From Candidatus Woesearchaeota archaeon (GTDB lineage: Archaea > Nanobdellota > Nanobdellia > Woesearchaeales > SM23-78), in assembly GCA_016932315.1 (NCBI GenBank), contig JAFGDD010000014.1, positions 1,924 to 65,923 on the forward strand: a stretch of 64,000 bases of DNA, given 5' to 3'. Below are positions 47,811 to 58,534 of this stretch, piece by piece (positions within the stretch are counted from its first letter, which is position 1; every line of letters starts with the position of its first letter). The notes beneath the pieces were generated by a model. It saw only the letters and a list, made by a program, of their open reading frames with translations. It was not told the DNA's origin and did not search any database. A program made the position numbers and the translations under genes.

Positions 47811-49744
47811 ATCATAACGAGAACATAAGAAAACTTGAAGAAACCCTAAACGAAGTAATCAGATTTACAAACGAGCTAGATGAAAAGCTGGCAAGAAACG
47901 AAATCGACGGCATCCATTATCATGTCTTGCTGAATGAAAAACTCAGCGGAAGAACAAAAGAAGAAATCATCAGCCACATCGAGCAAAAAATCAAAGAAGA
48001 AAAAAACAAAGCACGAGAGGGCAAAAAGAAGACTATAACAATCAGCGCAGCAGCTATCATACTAATAATAATAGCAATAATAGGAATAATATACCCTAAT
48101 CCAGGCGCATTAACAGGCTACACCACAGCAACCAAGCAAATAGAACAAAAAATTGATTATAACAGAGTATTTGAACACTACACAGAAACACAACTAGACC
48201 TAACAAATCTAACGAGCCTCAAGATATCCGGAACACTAGAAGGAACAGGAGCAAAAATCAAACTAAGAATAAACGGAACAGAATACCTGATAGCGCAAAT
48301 AACCAATCCGACAGAACAACCAAGCCAAATAACAGGAATGGTAATAGAAGAAGAAACAACACAATACACAATAACAACAGACAAAACAACATACACCCTC
48401 GGAGAAACAGCAACAATAACAATAACACCAACAACAAACAACCAATCACTATATGTTTCCTATGGCGAAGAAACACACAAACTAGAAACAAACACATACA
48501 AACCAGAAACCACAGGAAACTATCAGATCATAGCACTAATAGTACTACCAGAAGACATCATAAGGATAAACACAAACTTCACAGTAACAAGCAAAAATAA
48601 TTCTATTTTTGCAGTTCCAGAAAAGTCAAACTTTTCTGAAACAGAAACAACCACAACAGAAGAAACGCCAAAAGAAACAAATGAAACAAACCAAACAACA
48701 CCAACAAACGAAACAACACCAACAGAAAACACAACAGTCAACGAAACAAACCAAACCAATGAAACCACACCAACAGAACCAACAACAAACGCATTCGTAT
48801 TCGAAAACCTATGCACAGAAACATGCACGCTAACAGAAAACAGTAACCCAGTATTGATAGTTGAACTGGATGACAACACAACACTAACCATAAACACACT
48901 AACAACAACGCAAACCAAAGAAAACCTTGCGCCAGAACAAAACAAAAACATACCCGACATAACACTCGCAAAAGGAGAATCAAGAACAATCAACCTAAAC
49001 AACTACTTCAAAGACCCAGAAGAAGAAACAATACAATACGACATAAACAAAATACCAGAAATAACAACCACAATAAACCAAAACGAACTAACAATAACAT
49101 CACAAAACCTCGGAAAATACACAGCTTACATATACGCAACAGACGGAAACAAAATGATAGTAAGCAACACATTCACAATCACCATAACAGAAACAACAGA
49201 AGAAACAACCACAGAAACAAACCAAACAACAAACGAAACAACAGGACTGCCAATAAGCAATGAAACCGAAATTGTTCTCACTCCAATAATTGATTGCGGC
49301 AATCCTAACCCCAACAACAGGCCTGTTGAGTGCATGATAGGACAGGAAGACAAGTACTTCAAGGACAAATCCATCTTCATAGAAAACCTTGACAAGACGC
49401 AAGTCGCAAGAATAACTGCATTCGGCAACATGGTGATAAGAGGAAAGCTATACGAGAACTCAATCTATGCTCCGAGCAGCAGGGACTTCAGGGTTAATTA
49501 CTTCATCGATGATGGAGAGACAGAAGTGGTGAGCGCATGGATAGACACAGCAACAGGAGACTTGCATCTAAGAGGCACAGCGCATGAAGAGCAGTTCAGC
49601 ATCATCCCACCAAGCACTGGAGCATTCATCATCCAGAACAGGAAAGGAACCAACCTTGGATTCATAGACAAGATTACAGGAGATTTGTATTTGAGAGGCA
49701 ATCTGATACAAGAGCAGCCTGAAGAAAACGTGATAACACAATGA
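47807..49744 (+). CDS. Membrane-anchored surface glycoprotein with Thr/Glu/Asn linkers and a 3-repeat C-terminal domain
   Basis: TM helix, NET sequon repeats, Ig-like LNNYFKDPE module. Confidence 0.85.
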   Translation: MNHNENIRKLEETLNEVIRFTNELDEKLARNEIDGIHYHVLLNEKLSGRTKEEIISHIEQKIKEEKNKAREGKKKTITISAAAIILIIIAIIGIIYPNPGALTGYTTATKQIEQKIDYNRVFEHYTETQLDLTNLTSLKISGTLEGTGAKIKLRINGTEYLIAQITNPTEQPSQITGMVIEEETTQYTITTDKTTYTLGETATITITPTTNNQSLYVSYGEETHKLETNTYKPETTGNYQIIALIVLPEDIIRINTNFTVTSKNNSIFAVPEKSNFSETETTTTEETPKETNETNQTTPTNETTPTENTTVNETNQTNETTPTEPTTNAFVFENLCTETCTLTENSNPVLIVELDDNTTLTINTLTTTQTKENLAPEQNKNIPDITLAKGESRTINLNNYFKDPEEETIQYDINKIPEITTTINQNELTITSQNLGKYTAYIYATDGNKMIVSNTFTITITETTEETTTETNQTTNETTGLPISNETEIVLTPIIDCGNPNPNNRPVECMIGQEDKYFKDKSIFIENLDKTQVARITAFGNMVIRGKLYENSIYAPSSRDFRVNYFIDDGETEVVSAWIDTATGDLHLRGTAHEEQFSIIPPSTGAFIIQNRKGTNLGFIDKITGDLYLRGNLIQEQPEENVITQ

Positions 49745-51582
49745 TGCAAAAAAATAATTTGCAAAAAATGATAAAGCAAACGCTCTGGCTAGTGCTCACT
49801 ATAATAATATTATCTAATCTTGCAATGTTGGCATCTGCTGAGAATGATCCAGGCCACGACACATTATATATAGAGCAGACAGGAGACAGCGAGCTCACAG
49901 GAATGTTCAACGTCAGCGAGAACTTCACAGTAAAAGGAGGAAATGCATTCCTGAAAGACAACCTTGACATCTTCTTCAACGGCATCACGCCAGACTTGAC
50001 TAATAGAAATGTAATATCAGGCTCAGCCACAGACTTATACCTTGACGCGAAATCAAGCGGCAATATTTATCTGAATGCTTTCAACAACGGAGGCAACATC
50101 TACGTCGGAGGAGCAGGCGACACAGTCAACCTTAACGTTACAGGAGCTCTTTATGTTGGAGGATTAGACTACTCTGCTACTAAAGTTTGCTTAGCCAACG
50201 GAAGCCATTGCCCGGCAGCAATAAGCGGAGCAAACCTCACAGCAAACAGCGCAACCTCAGGATATATTGTACAATTCCAGAATGCAAGCGTACTAAACAA
50301 CTCAGTAATTTATCAGAGCGGAAGCAACATAGGAATAGGAACAACAAGCCCAAACGTAACACTACACGTAAACGGAAGCATAAACGTAACAACAGGATAC
50401 GACGTATGCATAGAAGACGGAACATGCCTGAGTACAGTAAGCGGGGGAGACGCAAGCGAAAGAACACTAAACGCAACAACAAACCTCTTGAATACTACAA
50501 TACAAACAGCAGCAACAAACATAAGCGCAATAAACACAACAGTAACAACACTAGCAACAAACACATCAGCAATAAACGACACAAGAAAAGCAGGAGACGA
50601 CGCACTAAACGTTACAATAGTCCAAATAAACGGAAACCTAACACAAGCAGCAAGCAACATAAGCGCACTAAACACAAGCAAAGGAGGAACAGGAAACTGC
50701 GCAGAAGGAACACTAGTACAAAACACCACAACAACAGGAGTAGAATGCGCAGCAGCAGGTGGCGCCGACGAAGTTGGAACATTAACTAATACTTATGTGT
50801 GCTACACAGACGGAGACGCAGTCTTGTGCGACGACGCAGGAATGACATTCACAGCAGCAACCAACACAATAACAGCAGGAAACATCACAGTAACAACTAA
50901 CATAACAACAGGAAACTTATCAGTAACCACACTAATAACAGCAGGAGCACTTAACTGCACTGACTGCATAGACGGAGCAGACTTAGCAGACACTGTTGAA
51001 TTGGATGCTATTCTTGCAATCAATGGCTACAATGTTACTTTCAACACATCAGTCCTGCATGTTGACGTGACAAATGGAAGAGTAGGAGTAGGAACAGCAG
51101 CACCGGGCTATGCTCTAGAAGTTGTCGGCAGCGGAACTACGGTTATCAATCTAAAAGATAGTGCTGATAGCGTCGAGACAATAATTTCAGCCCAAGCAGA
51201 TAAAGGAAGAATAGGCACCAGAAGCAACCACGACTTGAATATAGTAACGAATAACGTTGCAAAGATGATTATAGCAAAATCAGGCTATGTTAGCATAAAC
51301 ACCACATCACCAGATGCTACGCTGGCAGTAGCAGGAAATCTAAGCGTTACCGGAACAACCAACAGCAGCATAGACTCAGGAACACTATTCATAGACGCAA
51401 CCAACAACAAAGTAGGAGTAGGCACTGCCGCCCCTGATTCTTTGCTTGATGTGCAGAGCAGCAATATTGCCACTCAATTAAGAGTCAGCTATGATGACAC
51501 ATATTATTCCAACATAAGCGCTGACGCAACAGGCAACCTTACTATAAAGGCTGTTAATCATGTAATTATTGATTTAAGTTAA
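49741..51582 (+). CDS. Secreted fibre/adhesin-like protein
   Basis: Signal peptide; repeated (N/R/K)(I/V)G(I/V)GT..P beta-repeats and a short coiled coil, as in trimeric fibre proteins. Confidence 0.8.
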   Translation: MMQKNNLQKMIKQTLWLVLTIIILSNLAMLASAENDPGHDTLYIEQTGDSELTGMFNVSENFTVKGGNAFLKDNLDIFFNGITPDLTNRNVISGSATDLYLDAKSSGNIYLNAFNNGGNIYVGGAGDTVNLNVTGALYVGGLDYSATKVCLANGSHCPAAISGANLTANSATSGYIVQFQNASVLNNSVIYQSGSNIGIGTTSPNVTLHVNGSINVTTGYDVCIEDGTCLSTVSGGDASERTLNATTNLLNTTIQTAATNISAINTTVTTLATNTSAINDTRKAGDDALNVTIVQINGNLTQAASNISALNTSKGGTGNCAEGTLVQNTTTTGVECAAAGGADEVGTLTNTYVCYTDGDAVLCDDAGMTFTAATNTITAGNITVTTNITTGNLSVTTLITAGALNCTDCIDGADLADTVELDAILAINGYNVTFNTSVLHVDVTNGRVGVGTAAPGYALEVVGSGTTVINLKDSADSVETIISAQADKGRIGTRSNHDLNIVTNNVAKMIIAKSGYVSINTTSPDATLAVAGNLSVTGTTNSSIDSGTLFIDATNNKVGVGTAAPDSLLDVQSSNIATQLRVSYDDTYYSNISADATGNLTIKAVNHVIIDLS

Positions 51583-51666
51583 TAATTATCTTTTCATAAA
51601 AATTATTTTCAAAAAATATTTTTCATTTTCATTATTTTATAAAAAACGATTGAGAGTTGGCGAGTA

Positions 51667-53884
51667 ATGGAAAGAACAAAAAACAACACAAAGAGTAGTA
51701 CTGCTCTGAATTTTAGCTCGCCAACTAAAAAATCTCTTTCTGTGAAAGCCAGCTCTCAGTCAGGTATTAAAATATTTTTGCTGCTCATTATCTTTTTAGC
51801 AGCTTCATCACTTGCCAGCGCAGTTTATACATGCGACTATAGTACTGACAGCACCAGCGACACCTGCATTATTAATTCTACCATGAGTATCAACAGCTCA
51901 GAAACTTTCAAAGGAATATGGATTGGGGATAATGGAACTCTTACTCATGTTAATAATACTGTTACTCAAATTAATTCCATTAACATAACCTGCACCAACT
52001 TAACAATAGAGTCTGGCGGAAAGATTAATGTTACTGGCAAAGGATTTATTGGCGGTAATTCTACAAGTATTAACGGCATCGGCCCAGGTGGGGGGAGGGG
52101 GAGGAGGAGCAGGAGGAGGAATATTTCTAGCAGTTAACACAATAACAGGAGCAGGAAGCATAACAGCTGATGGAGGTGATGGAGCAGGCTCAGGGTACAC
52201 CTCTGGAGCAGGAGGAGGAGGAAGAATAGCCATCTACTACACAACCTATGATTTCACAGGAGCCATGACAGCGCAAGGAGGCTCTTCAAATGGTGCAGAT
52301 GAAGGAGGAGCAGGAACCATTTATCTCAAAAGCAGCACAGAAACATATGGCGGACTAATGATGAACAATTATGGAAGCTCAAACAGGACAACCAATGTTG
52401 ATTATCAATATACTTTTGATTGGGCGAATGTAACTAACGCAACAATAAATGGCACTGCGATTATAACTATCATGAATAATCTTAACATATTGCCAGGCAC
52501 TCTTCATCTTAATAATCCTGTACAAGGGACGAGTTTTGTGGATGTTCAAAGCGGGGCCATATTAACGCATGCAAAAAATAATGAAACAAAATCATACACC
52601 ATTAACATAACCTGCACTAATCTAACAATACGGGGAGAAGGGAGTATAAACCTTACTGGTAAAGGATACGGCGGTGGAACTGCGACTCTTAATGGAAACG
52701 GCCCGGGAGCAGGAACCGGTGATGAAGATGACGCAGGTGGCGGTGGCGGGTATGGAGGAGCAGGAGGAGCAGGGGGAAACGGAGGAGCAGGAGGGGCAAG
52801 CTATGATAGCATAACCAATCCACTAGAGCTAGGAAGTGGAGGAGGAGGAGGGAATAGTGCCGCGCCAGGCGGAGATGGAGGCGGAGCAGTATTAATCAAC
52901 GCCACAGGTACAATAAATATAATAGGTAACATAGCCACGAATGGAAAAGATGGTTCACCTGGGACCAGTACTGATGGAGGCGGAGGAGGAGCTGCAGGCA
53001 GTATATACTTAATAACTAACACTATTACAGGATCAGGGAATATAACAGCCCAGGGTGGAAACGGAGGAGACGACACAATTAATGATGGCGGAGGAGGGGC
53101 AGGAGGGAGAATAAGCATAAATTATATTACCAACAGTTTTACAGGCATAATAACATCAACAGGCGGCACGGGTAATACTACTGGAGGGAATGGAACTGTT
53201 TTTTGGTGCAAAACAATATCTGGCATCTTCTGCCCTGGCTTGTCAGACACTGTTGTTCTCGATACGCTTTTCACCCCTAATTCCAGCACTAATGTTAACA
53301 GAACAATTGCTTTTGCTTGGAACAAGAGCTTTGTAAAATGGAATGACACCCACACTGGAAGCGCGAACTTCACCATTACTGGATTGAACGCTTCAAGAAC
53401 ATTTTATTTGTACAATAACTCTGTGAAATTTGACACAAAAAAAACAGATGCGAGCGGTAATTTAGCTGTTTTCAATATGACATTTGCCAGCGAGCACGAG
53501 GTGATACTATCAGAAAGCCCTGGCTCAGTTTGCAATAGCACTTCAAGCTGCTTCATTCTTAGAGCGAGTGGTTCGCCAGTCGCTGTATTTGACAAATGGG
53601 GTGCTCTTGACATTAAAGGCAATATAGTGCAGTCCTCAACAGACTCGCCTGGAGCTAATGATTTTATTGTCAGGAACTCCACTGGCGCACCTGTGGCGTG
53701 GGTTGATGACACAACTGGAAATATTACTTTATTGGGTGCTTTTAGCGAGAATAATGATGTGTTTTGCACTCCGCCAGAAAAGAGCTTTATCATCGTCGGC
53801 AACAACAGCGAGTGTGTAGCTTATGTTAATGAAACCGGCGACTTATGGATTAGAAGCGCTTCAAAAGAAAAACAGTTAAGCTAA
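51667..53884 (+). pseudogene. Gly-rich surface protein split by a frameshift near 52090-52101 (ORFs 51667..52137 and 52028..53884)
   Basis: The repeat INITCTNLTI..INVTGKG in ORF1 recurs in ORF2; the frame changes in a G tract. Confidence 0.7.
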
Positions 53885-53937
53885 AAAAAGAATTCAAAAA
53901 ATATATTTATATTTTATTCAGTTCTATTGTTAATATT

Positions 53938-54102
53938 CTATTTCTTCTTTCTCCAAGCGTATTTCCTTAGCCTGGCGCTCTTGCCATAACCGCAGTAGGC
54001 GCATCTCTTCTTTTTGATGTGATAAGAACGCTTACCGCACCTTCTGCATCTTATATGAGTCTTTTTGCCTGACTTCTTTCCCATTGACGGTGTTCCTTTC
54101 AT
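53938..54102 (-). CDS. rpl37e: 50S ribosomal protein L37e (not in ORF track, 54 aa)
   Basis: [40 protein letters not shown]. Confidence 0.97.
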   Translation of the reverse strand: MKGTPSMGKKSGKKTHIRCRRCGKRSYHIKKKRCAYCGYGKSARLRKYAWRKKK

Positions 54103-54153
54103 ACAATTTCACCTTTTAGAATGTGGCTCTTGAACAGTTCCCAAATTCTTTTT

Positions 54154-54378
54154 TTATTGCGTTGAGATTATTGTTATTGTATCTCCTCTTACAAATACTG
54201 TCCCGAGCTTCCTCTTAACTTCACCGTCAACTCTTTCTTCAGCATCATTTAATACCACATTGATGTGAATGTCAAACGCGTCAAGCTCGCCTATGTACTG
54301 CTTGTTATTCTTCAGCTCTACAATAACTCTTTTTCCTCGCGCCTTGTTCAAGGCGTCCAATGGTCTTGATGTGTCCAT
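54154..54378 (-). CDS. Sm-like archaeal protein SmAP1
   Basis: RPLDAL, GELDAFDIHINVVL, VRGD; conserved linkage to rpl37e. Confidence 0.96.
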   Translation of the reverse strand: MDTSRPLDALNKARGKRVIVELKNNKQYIGELDAFDIHINVVLNDAEERVDGEVKRKLGTVFVRGDTITIISTQ

Positions 54379-54471
54379 AAAATCACCTACAAATCAAATT
54401 AAACTATTTCCTAGCAGTTCTGGTTGATTTATAAATGTTGTTATATTAAATTAATGAAAATTATCTTTTAG

Positions 54472-54659
54472 GAAATGCGCCGCCTGGGCCTTAAGGTGAG
54501 CGAGACCAATGTAAACTATGCATATAGTTTACTCAAAAATTAGCGCAATTGTGTTAATTTTTGTTGTAAAGCGGCAAAGCTCTGCACGCAAGGAACAGAT
54601 TTTCTTCAGAGCAGGATGCAATTGGAAAATCTGGCGAGCGAACGGCCAAGGCGCATTTC
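54472..54659. repeat. Structured intergenic element with nested hairpin modules
   Basis: Terminal inverted repeat GAAATGCGCC / GGCGCATTTC; several internal hairpins. Confidence 0.7.
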
Positions 54660-54744
54660 TTGTACAAGCCCATTCTAAAGCGAAACTTTTATATGCTAAA
54701 CATTACTTACGAGTATTAGTAATATTAAATTATTAAGGGGGATT

Positions 54745-54954
54745 GTGATGGAAGAGAAGGAGATTGGAAGGATTAAGAAGACCGACTCCACCAGCGTTGT
54801 TGTCAGGATTAACGAGTTTCAGGGTGAGGCTGGCGTCGATATCCGTGAGTACGTTGAGACGACCAAGTACACTGGCTTGACCAAGAAGGGCACTCGTATT
54901 CCTAAGAGCAAGTGGAAGGACTTCAAGGAGCTTATCAACAAGGTTGATTTCTAA
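54745..54954 (+). CDS. PC4/YdbC-like ssDNA-binding protein
   Basis: VRINEFQG..VDIREY..TKKG..W pattern. Confidence 0.85.
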   Translation: MMEEKEIGRIKKTDSTSVVVRINEFQGEAGVDIREYVETTKYTGLTKKGTRIPKSKWKDFKELINKVDF

Positions 54955-55017
54955 TTAAAATTTTTTTTAGTTGCTTTTATCGTAATATTTATAAAGCGCT
55001 TATTTTTTCTGCGACTC

Positions 55018-55398
55018 ATGGTTATTATTCACGGTAAAGCAAAGAGAAAGCCTAGCGGCGGTAGGTATACTGCTTGTCGACCTAAGAGGCGCGCCCAGAA
55101 AGGAAGCATGCCTACTCATACCAAGGTTGGTGAGCAGGTTGCTAAGAATTCTAAGACTAAGGGCGGCGGTTTAAAGACTAAACTTTTGTTCGCTGACAAG
55201 GTTAATCTGCTTGATCCTGCAACCAGGAAGTATAGCATCGAGTCGATTAAGACTGTTCTTGAGAATCCTGCCAACAGGCATTTTGTCAGGCGTAATATTA
55301 TGACCCACGGAACTATCATTGAAACTTCTAAGGGCAAGGCAAGAGTCACTGGAAGGCCTGGCCAGGAAGGTATGGTTAATGCTGTTCTGATAAAGTAA
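55018..55398 (+). CDS. rps8e: 30S ribosomal protein S8e
   Basis: RKPSGGR, NPANRHFVRRNIMT, RPGQEG.VNAVL. Confidence 0.97.
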   Translation: MVIIHGKAKRKPSGGRYTACRPKRRAQKGSMPTHTKVGEQVAKNSKTKGGGLKTKLLFADKVNLLDPATRKYSIESIKTVLENPANRHFVRRNIMTHGTIIETSKGKARVTGRPGQEGMVNAVLIK

Positions 55399-55474
55399 GT
55401 GTTTTATTATGTTTTCACTTCTCAGTGGTTAAAAAATCGAAAGATTTATAAATGAAAGAATCAATATCAGAGGC

Positions 55475-56155
55475 ATGGCATTAAAACCGCAAAGAAAAAT
55501 CAAATGCTCTGAATGGCCGGAGTACCTAAAAAATCTATCTTTTCTCGGCAACATCGAGTTGCTGATAGAATATTACACTAATCACCCCGAAAGGATTCTA
55601 AACAAGAATGAAAGCGACAGGGAAATACTGGCTGCAAAGAAAGCCCTAATCAAAACCCAGTACTCACACCTGACAGGAGTTGCAGGCGAGAAGGTTCCTG
55701 TGGATTTCGCCCATAACCCAAGGATTAACGAAGCCTTCAGGAAAATGTTCACAGACAAGAAAAACCTCTTTGACTATCTTCAGCCATTAAGAGAAACAGC
55801 AGGAGTATACGCTTCTCCAGTAAGCAGATATGAAGAAAAAGTTCTAGTCGCATCACAGAAGCCGCAAGCCGAGCTTACCGACCTAATTGCTGCAGAAAGA
55901 ATTGCAGGCATAAGAAAGAATAGAGAGAAAAAGCGCAATCGCTTCCATCTGGCTCCTCCTAGTCCTGAGGAAATGGCGTACCAACGGCTTGAAAATAAAT
56001 TGCATGAAATAATTGAAAAAATTCTCGAAACTTGCCCTGAAAAGGAGATTGCAGCAACAACAAAAGTTTTTGGTCAGTACACCATGCACACGTACAGGTC
56101 GTATGCTGACAGGGATTTTTACAGAAGGCACGGAATAAAAAAAGACCAGGCATGA
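55475..56155 (+). CDS. Hypothetical protein
   Basis: 226-aa ORF with a TATA box upstream. Confidence 0.7.
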   Translation: MALKPQRKIKCSEWPEYLKNLSFLGNIELLIEYYTNHPERILNKNESDREILAAKKALIKTQYSHLTGVAGEKVPVDFAHNPRINEAFRKMFTDKKNLFDYLQPLRETAGVYASPVSRYEEKVLVASQKPQAELTDLIAAERIAGIRKNREKKRNRFHLAPPSPEEMAYQRLENKLHEIIEKILETCPEKEIAATTKVFGQYTMHTYRSYADRDFYRRHGIKKDQA

Positions 56156-56193
56156 TTTTCTTAAGCTCTTCTTAAGTTATTCTTAAGATTATT

Positions 56194-57399
56194 CTAAACC
56201 AAACCAAGTATCATCGCTATGCCTAGGAGAACCAGTATCGCACCCGCTACTAGGTGAAGGTATTTTATGTTCCTCTCCTTCCACCCAGAAACATTCTCAA
56301 CAGTAGTGAAGCCAAGATAAACTATTAGAGTTATGACGATCATTGGAATGATGAATATTAGGTTATACAGCACCAGCCAAGGAATTGTCTTAAGCAGCTC
56401 AATTGAAGAAAGCAATCCTCCCGCAATGAAATAAGGGCCCATGGTGCAGGGGATAAGGAATAAGGTAACCAGTAAGCCAATCACAAAAGCTCCTCTTACA
56501 CTAGTTACAGATGCTATTAATTTTTTGACTTTAGGCCTTAGGAATATAGGCATCTCGGTTGCGAATCCCCCTGGCTTATAGCTTACAAAGTCCCTTATGT
56601 TGAAGACTCCAAGGATTATTGCCAGGACCGCAAGCACATTGTAAATAACAGATCCTACCCCCTTAAGGGTCTGAGCCAATTGAAAGAATCGGATTATTAT
56701 CAGGCCATAAACAATGTACATTAACACAATGGCAAGAGAAAATGCCAGGCCAACATGTAAAACCTTCTTCCTATTTGTAGGGTCTGCAGTCAGAATAGCA
56801 ATCAGAATCATGGTCAGCACGGCTATCTCGCAAGGGTTGACAGCGTCAACAGCTGCCAATGAAAGAATCTTAACAATGGTTAATTCCTGCTTTGGCTCAA
56901 CACAGGCTCCGCCGCCAGAAACACTCTCATTCTCAACCAGCACTTCTGGCTTGCCAGGCAAGGAATCGCATGCCAGCTCGTTGAAATTCATGGCAGAGCC
57001 ATTCATCAATGGGCAGGGATTCTCGCCTAAAGAGGCTACAGTAGACCCTAAGTTATCAATTATAGGGGAATCGCCGCGAAGATAAACATCTTTGCTGAAT
57101 ATTATCAATGGGATTCCCGGAGGGATGCCGTAGCTAGAAATATAGGAATCCATTACAGGCACATTGCTCTGCTCTTGGTAAAGCTCATACTTCAACAAAA
57201 CCAGGTTAGGAGTGGCATTAAGGAAATCCTTTAGGAAAGCCTCAACTTTTGCACAATGGGGGCAACCAATCCCTGTGAAGTAGACTGCGCACACATAAGT
57301 CGCATTAGGCTCTCCAGCATGGCTTGCTGATGAAAAAGGGATGATAGCTAGCATTAATGATATCAGCAAAAACAAGTGTGGTTTTTTCATTTTAATCAT
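56194..57399 (-). CDS. Thioredoxin-fold plus CcdA/DsbD-like membrane protein
   Basis: CPHC; DAVNPC and IPCTMGPY TM cysteine motifs. Confidence 0.88.
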   Translation of the reverse strand: MIKMKKPHLFLLISLMLAIIPFSSASHAGEPNATYVCAVYFTGIGCPHCAKVEAFLKDFLNATPNLVLLKYELYQEQSNVPVMDSYISSYGIPPGIPLIIFSKDVYLRGDSPIIDNLGSTVASLGENPCPLMNGSAMNFNELACDSLPGKPEVLVENESVSGGGACVEPKQELTIVKILSLAAVDAVNPCEIAVLTMILIAILTADPTNRKKVLHVGLAFSLAIVLMYIVYGLIIIRFFQLAQTLKGVGSVIYNVLAVLAIILGVFNIRDFVSYKPGGFATEMPIFLRPKVKKLIASVTSVRGAFVIGLLVTLFLIPCTMGPYFIAGGLLSSIELLKTIPWLVLYNLIFIIPMIVITLIVYLGFTTVENVSGWKERNIKYLHLVAGAILVLLGIAMILGLV

Positions 57400-57440
57400 T
57401 GGGTTTTTATGAATTTATTTTTAAATTTTACTATTGATTA

Positions 57441-58199
57441 TTAATGCTCCAACAAAAATTTAAGCATAAGCATAAATATTATTCCAAGAAGAAAAAAGCC
57501 AAATGATATCAACGACTTCTTTAATTTTGGCTCCTTATGCAATTCAGGTATTAGGTCAGAGGCAGCTATATATATGAATCCTCCTGCTGCAAAAGGCAGG
57601 ATGAAAGGAACTGCTCCTTCAATGCTCTTTGAGAAAAAATATGCTGCGATTCCACCAATCACACACGTAAGTTGGGATATAAAGCTGTAAATCAATGCCT
57701 TAGTCTTGCCAAAACCGCCATACACCAACACACCAAAATTCCCGAGCTCCTGCGGAATCTCGTGCCCAATGATTAGCAGCGTCGTGATGATGCCGAAAGG
57801 AACGCTCACAATAAAGCTGATGCCAATGATTATGCCGTCAATAAGGTTATGCACTCCGTCGCCAAAAAGGATCAGGTAAGATACTGGGTGGACTGCGCAC
57901 TTGCCCCCGTGCTGGTGGCAGTGATGCCAGTGCAGGAACCTTTCTATTATAAAAAACATGATAAAACCAGCTAACAAGCATGCAAAAACATTCATTGCAG
58001 GAAGCTCTTCAAGGGCTTCTGGCAGGAGATGAAAGAAAGCGCCGCTCAGGAGCGCGCCTGCAGAGAAAGCCACTAGAATCATTAAGAGCTTGTTGAAAAG
58101 CTTCTCATTCATCCATAAGGAAAAAACTCCAACAAGGCCTACGAGGCCATTAACAATGGTTGCGAAAAGTATCCAAAATAAAACGTTCATGAAAGTCAC
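57441..58199 (-). CDS. ZIP family metal transporter
   Basis: HLLPEA, HWHHCH loop, HNLIDG, HEIPQE. Confidence 0.95.
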   Translation of the reverse strand: MTFMNVLFWILFATIVNGLVGLVGVFSLWMNEKLFNKLLMILVAFSAGALLSGAFFHLLPEALEELPAMNVFACLLAGFIMFFIIERFLHWHHCHQHGGKCAVHPVSYLILFGDGVHNLIDGIIIGISFIVSVPFGIITTLLIIGHEIPQELGNFGVLVYGGFGKTKALIYSFISQLTCVIGGIAAYFFSKSIEGAVPFILPFAAGGFIYIAASDLIPELHKEPKLKKSLISFGFFLLGIIFMLMLKFLLEH

Positions 58200-58204
58200 C
58201 TGTG

Positions 58205-58531
58205 CTAATGCATTCGGCGTCCTGGTCCTCTCCCAGGTCCAGTCATCGTGTAGTTGCCGCCATGTATTTTTATAGCTTTCCCATTCACTATTGCATCGGT
58301 TATTTTTTTCCTTGCAGACAAGAGAAGCCTGTGAAAGGTCGGCTGGGATATGTTCATCTTCTGCGCGGCATCTTCCTGCTCCAAGCCTTCAACATCCTTA
58401 AGTCTTATTGCCTCGTACTCTTCCACAGAAATTATTGATTCATCTAATTCTCTTAACCTTACTCCTGCCGGCTTAAAGTAAGTAAAGCCTGGAACTCCCA
58501 TTACTCTCCTGCAGATTCTTGGCCTGGGCAT
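58205..58531 (-). CDS. DUF134 family HTH regulator
   Basis: MPRPR, FKPAG, EEYEAIRLKD, MNISQPTF. Confidence 0.93.
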   Translation of the reverse strand: MPRPRICRRVMGVPGFTYFKPAGVRLRELDESIISVEEYEAIRLKDVEGLEQEDAAQKMNISQPTFHRLLLSARKKITDAIVNGKAIKIHGGNYTMTGPGRGPGRRMH

Positions 58532-58534
58532 CTT

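Noticed and set aside
48240-49250. DGR template repeat suggested by AAC-rich sequence
   Set aside because: No reverse transcriptase, and I found no near-identical repeat differing only at adenines.
48178-50789. Many overlapping antisense and alternate-frame ORFs rich in Val/Cys/Leu or Arg/Lys
   Set aside because: By-products of the T-depleted, low-complexity sense strand lacking stop codons in other frames.
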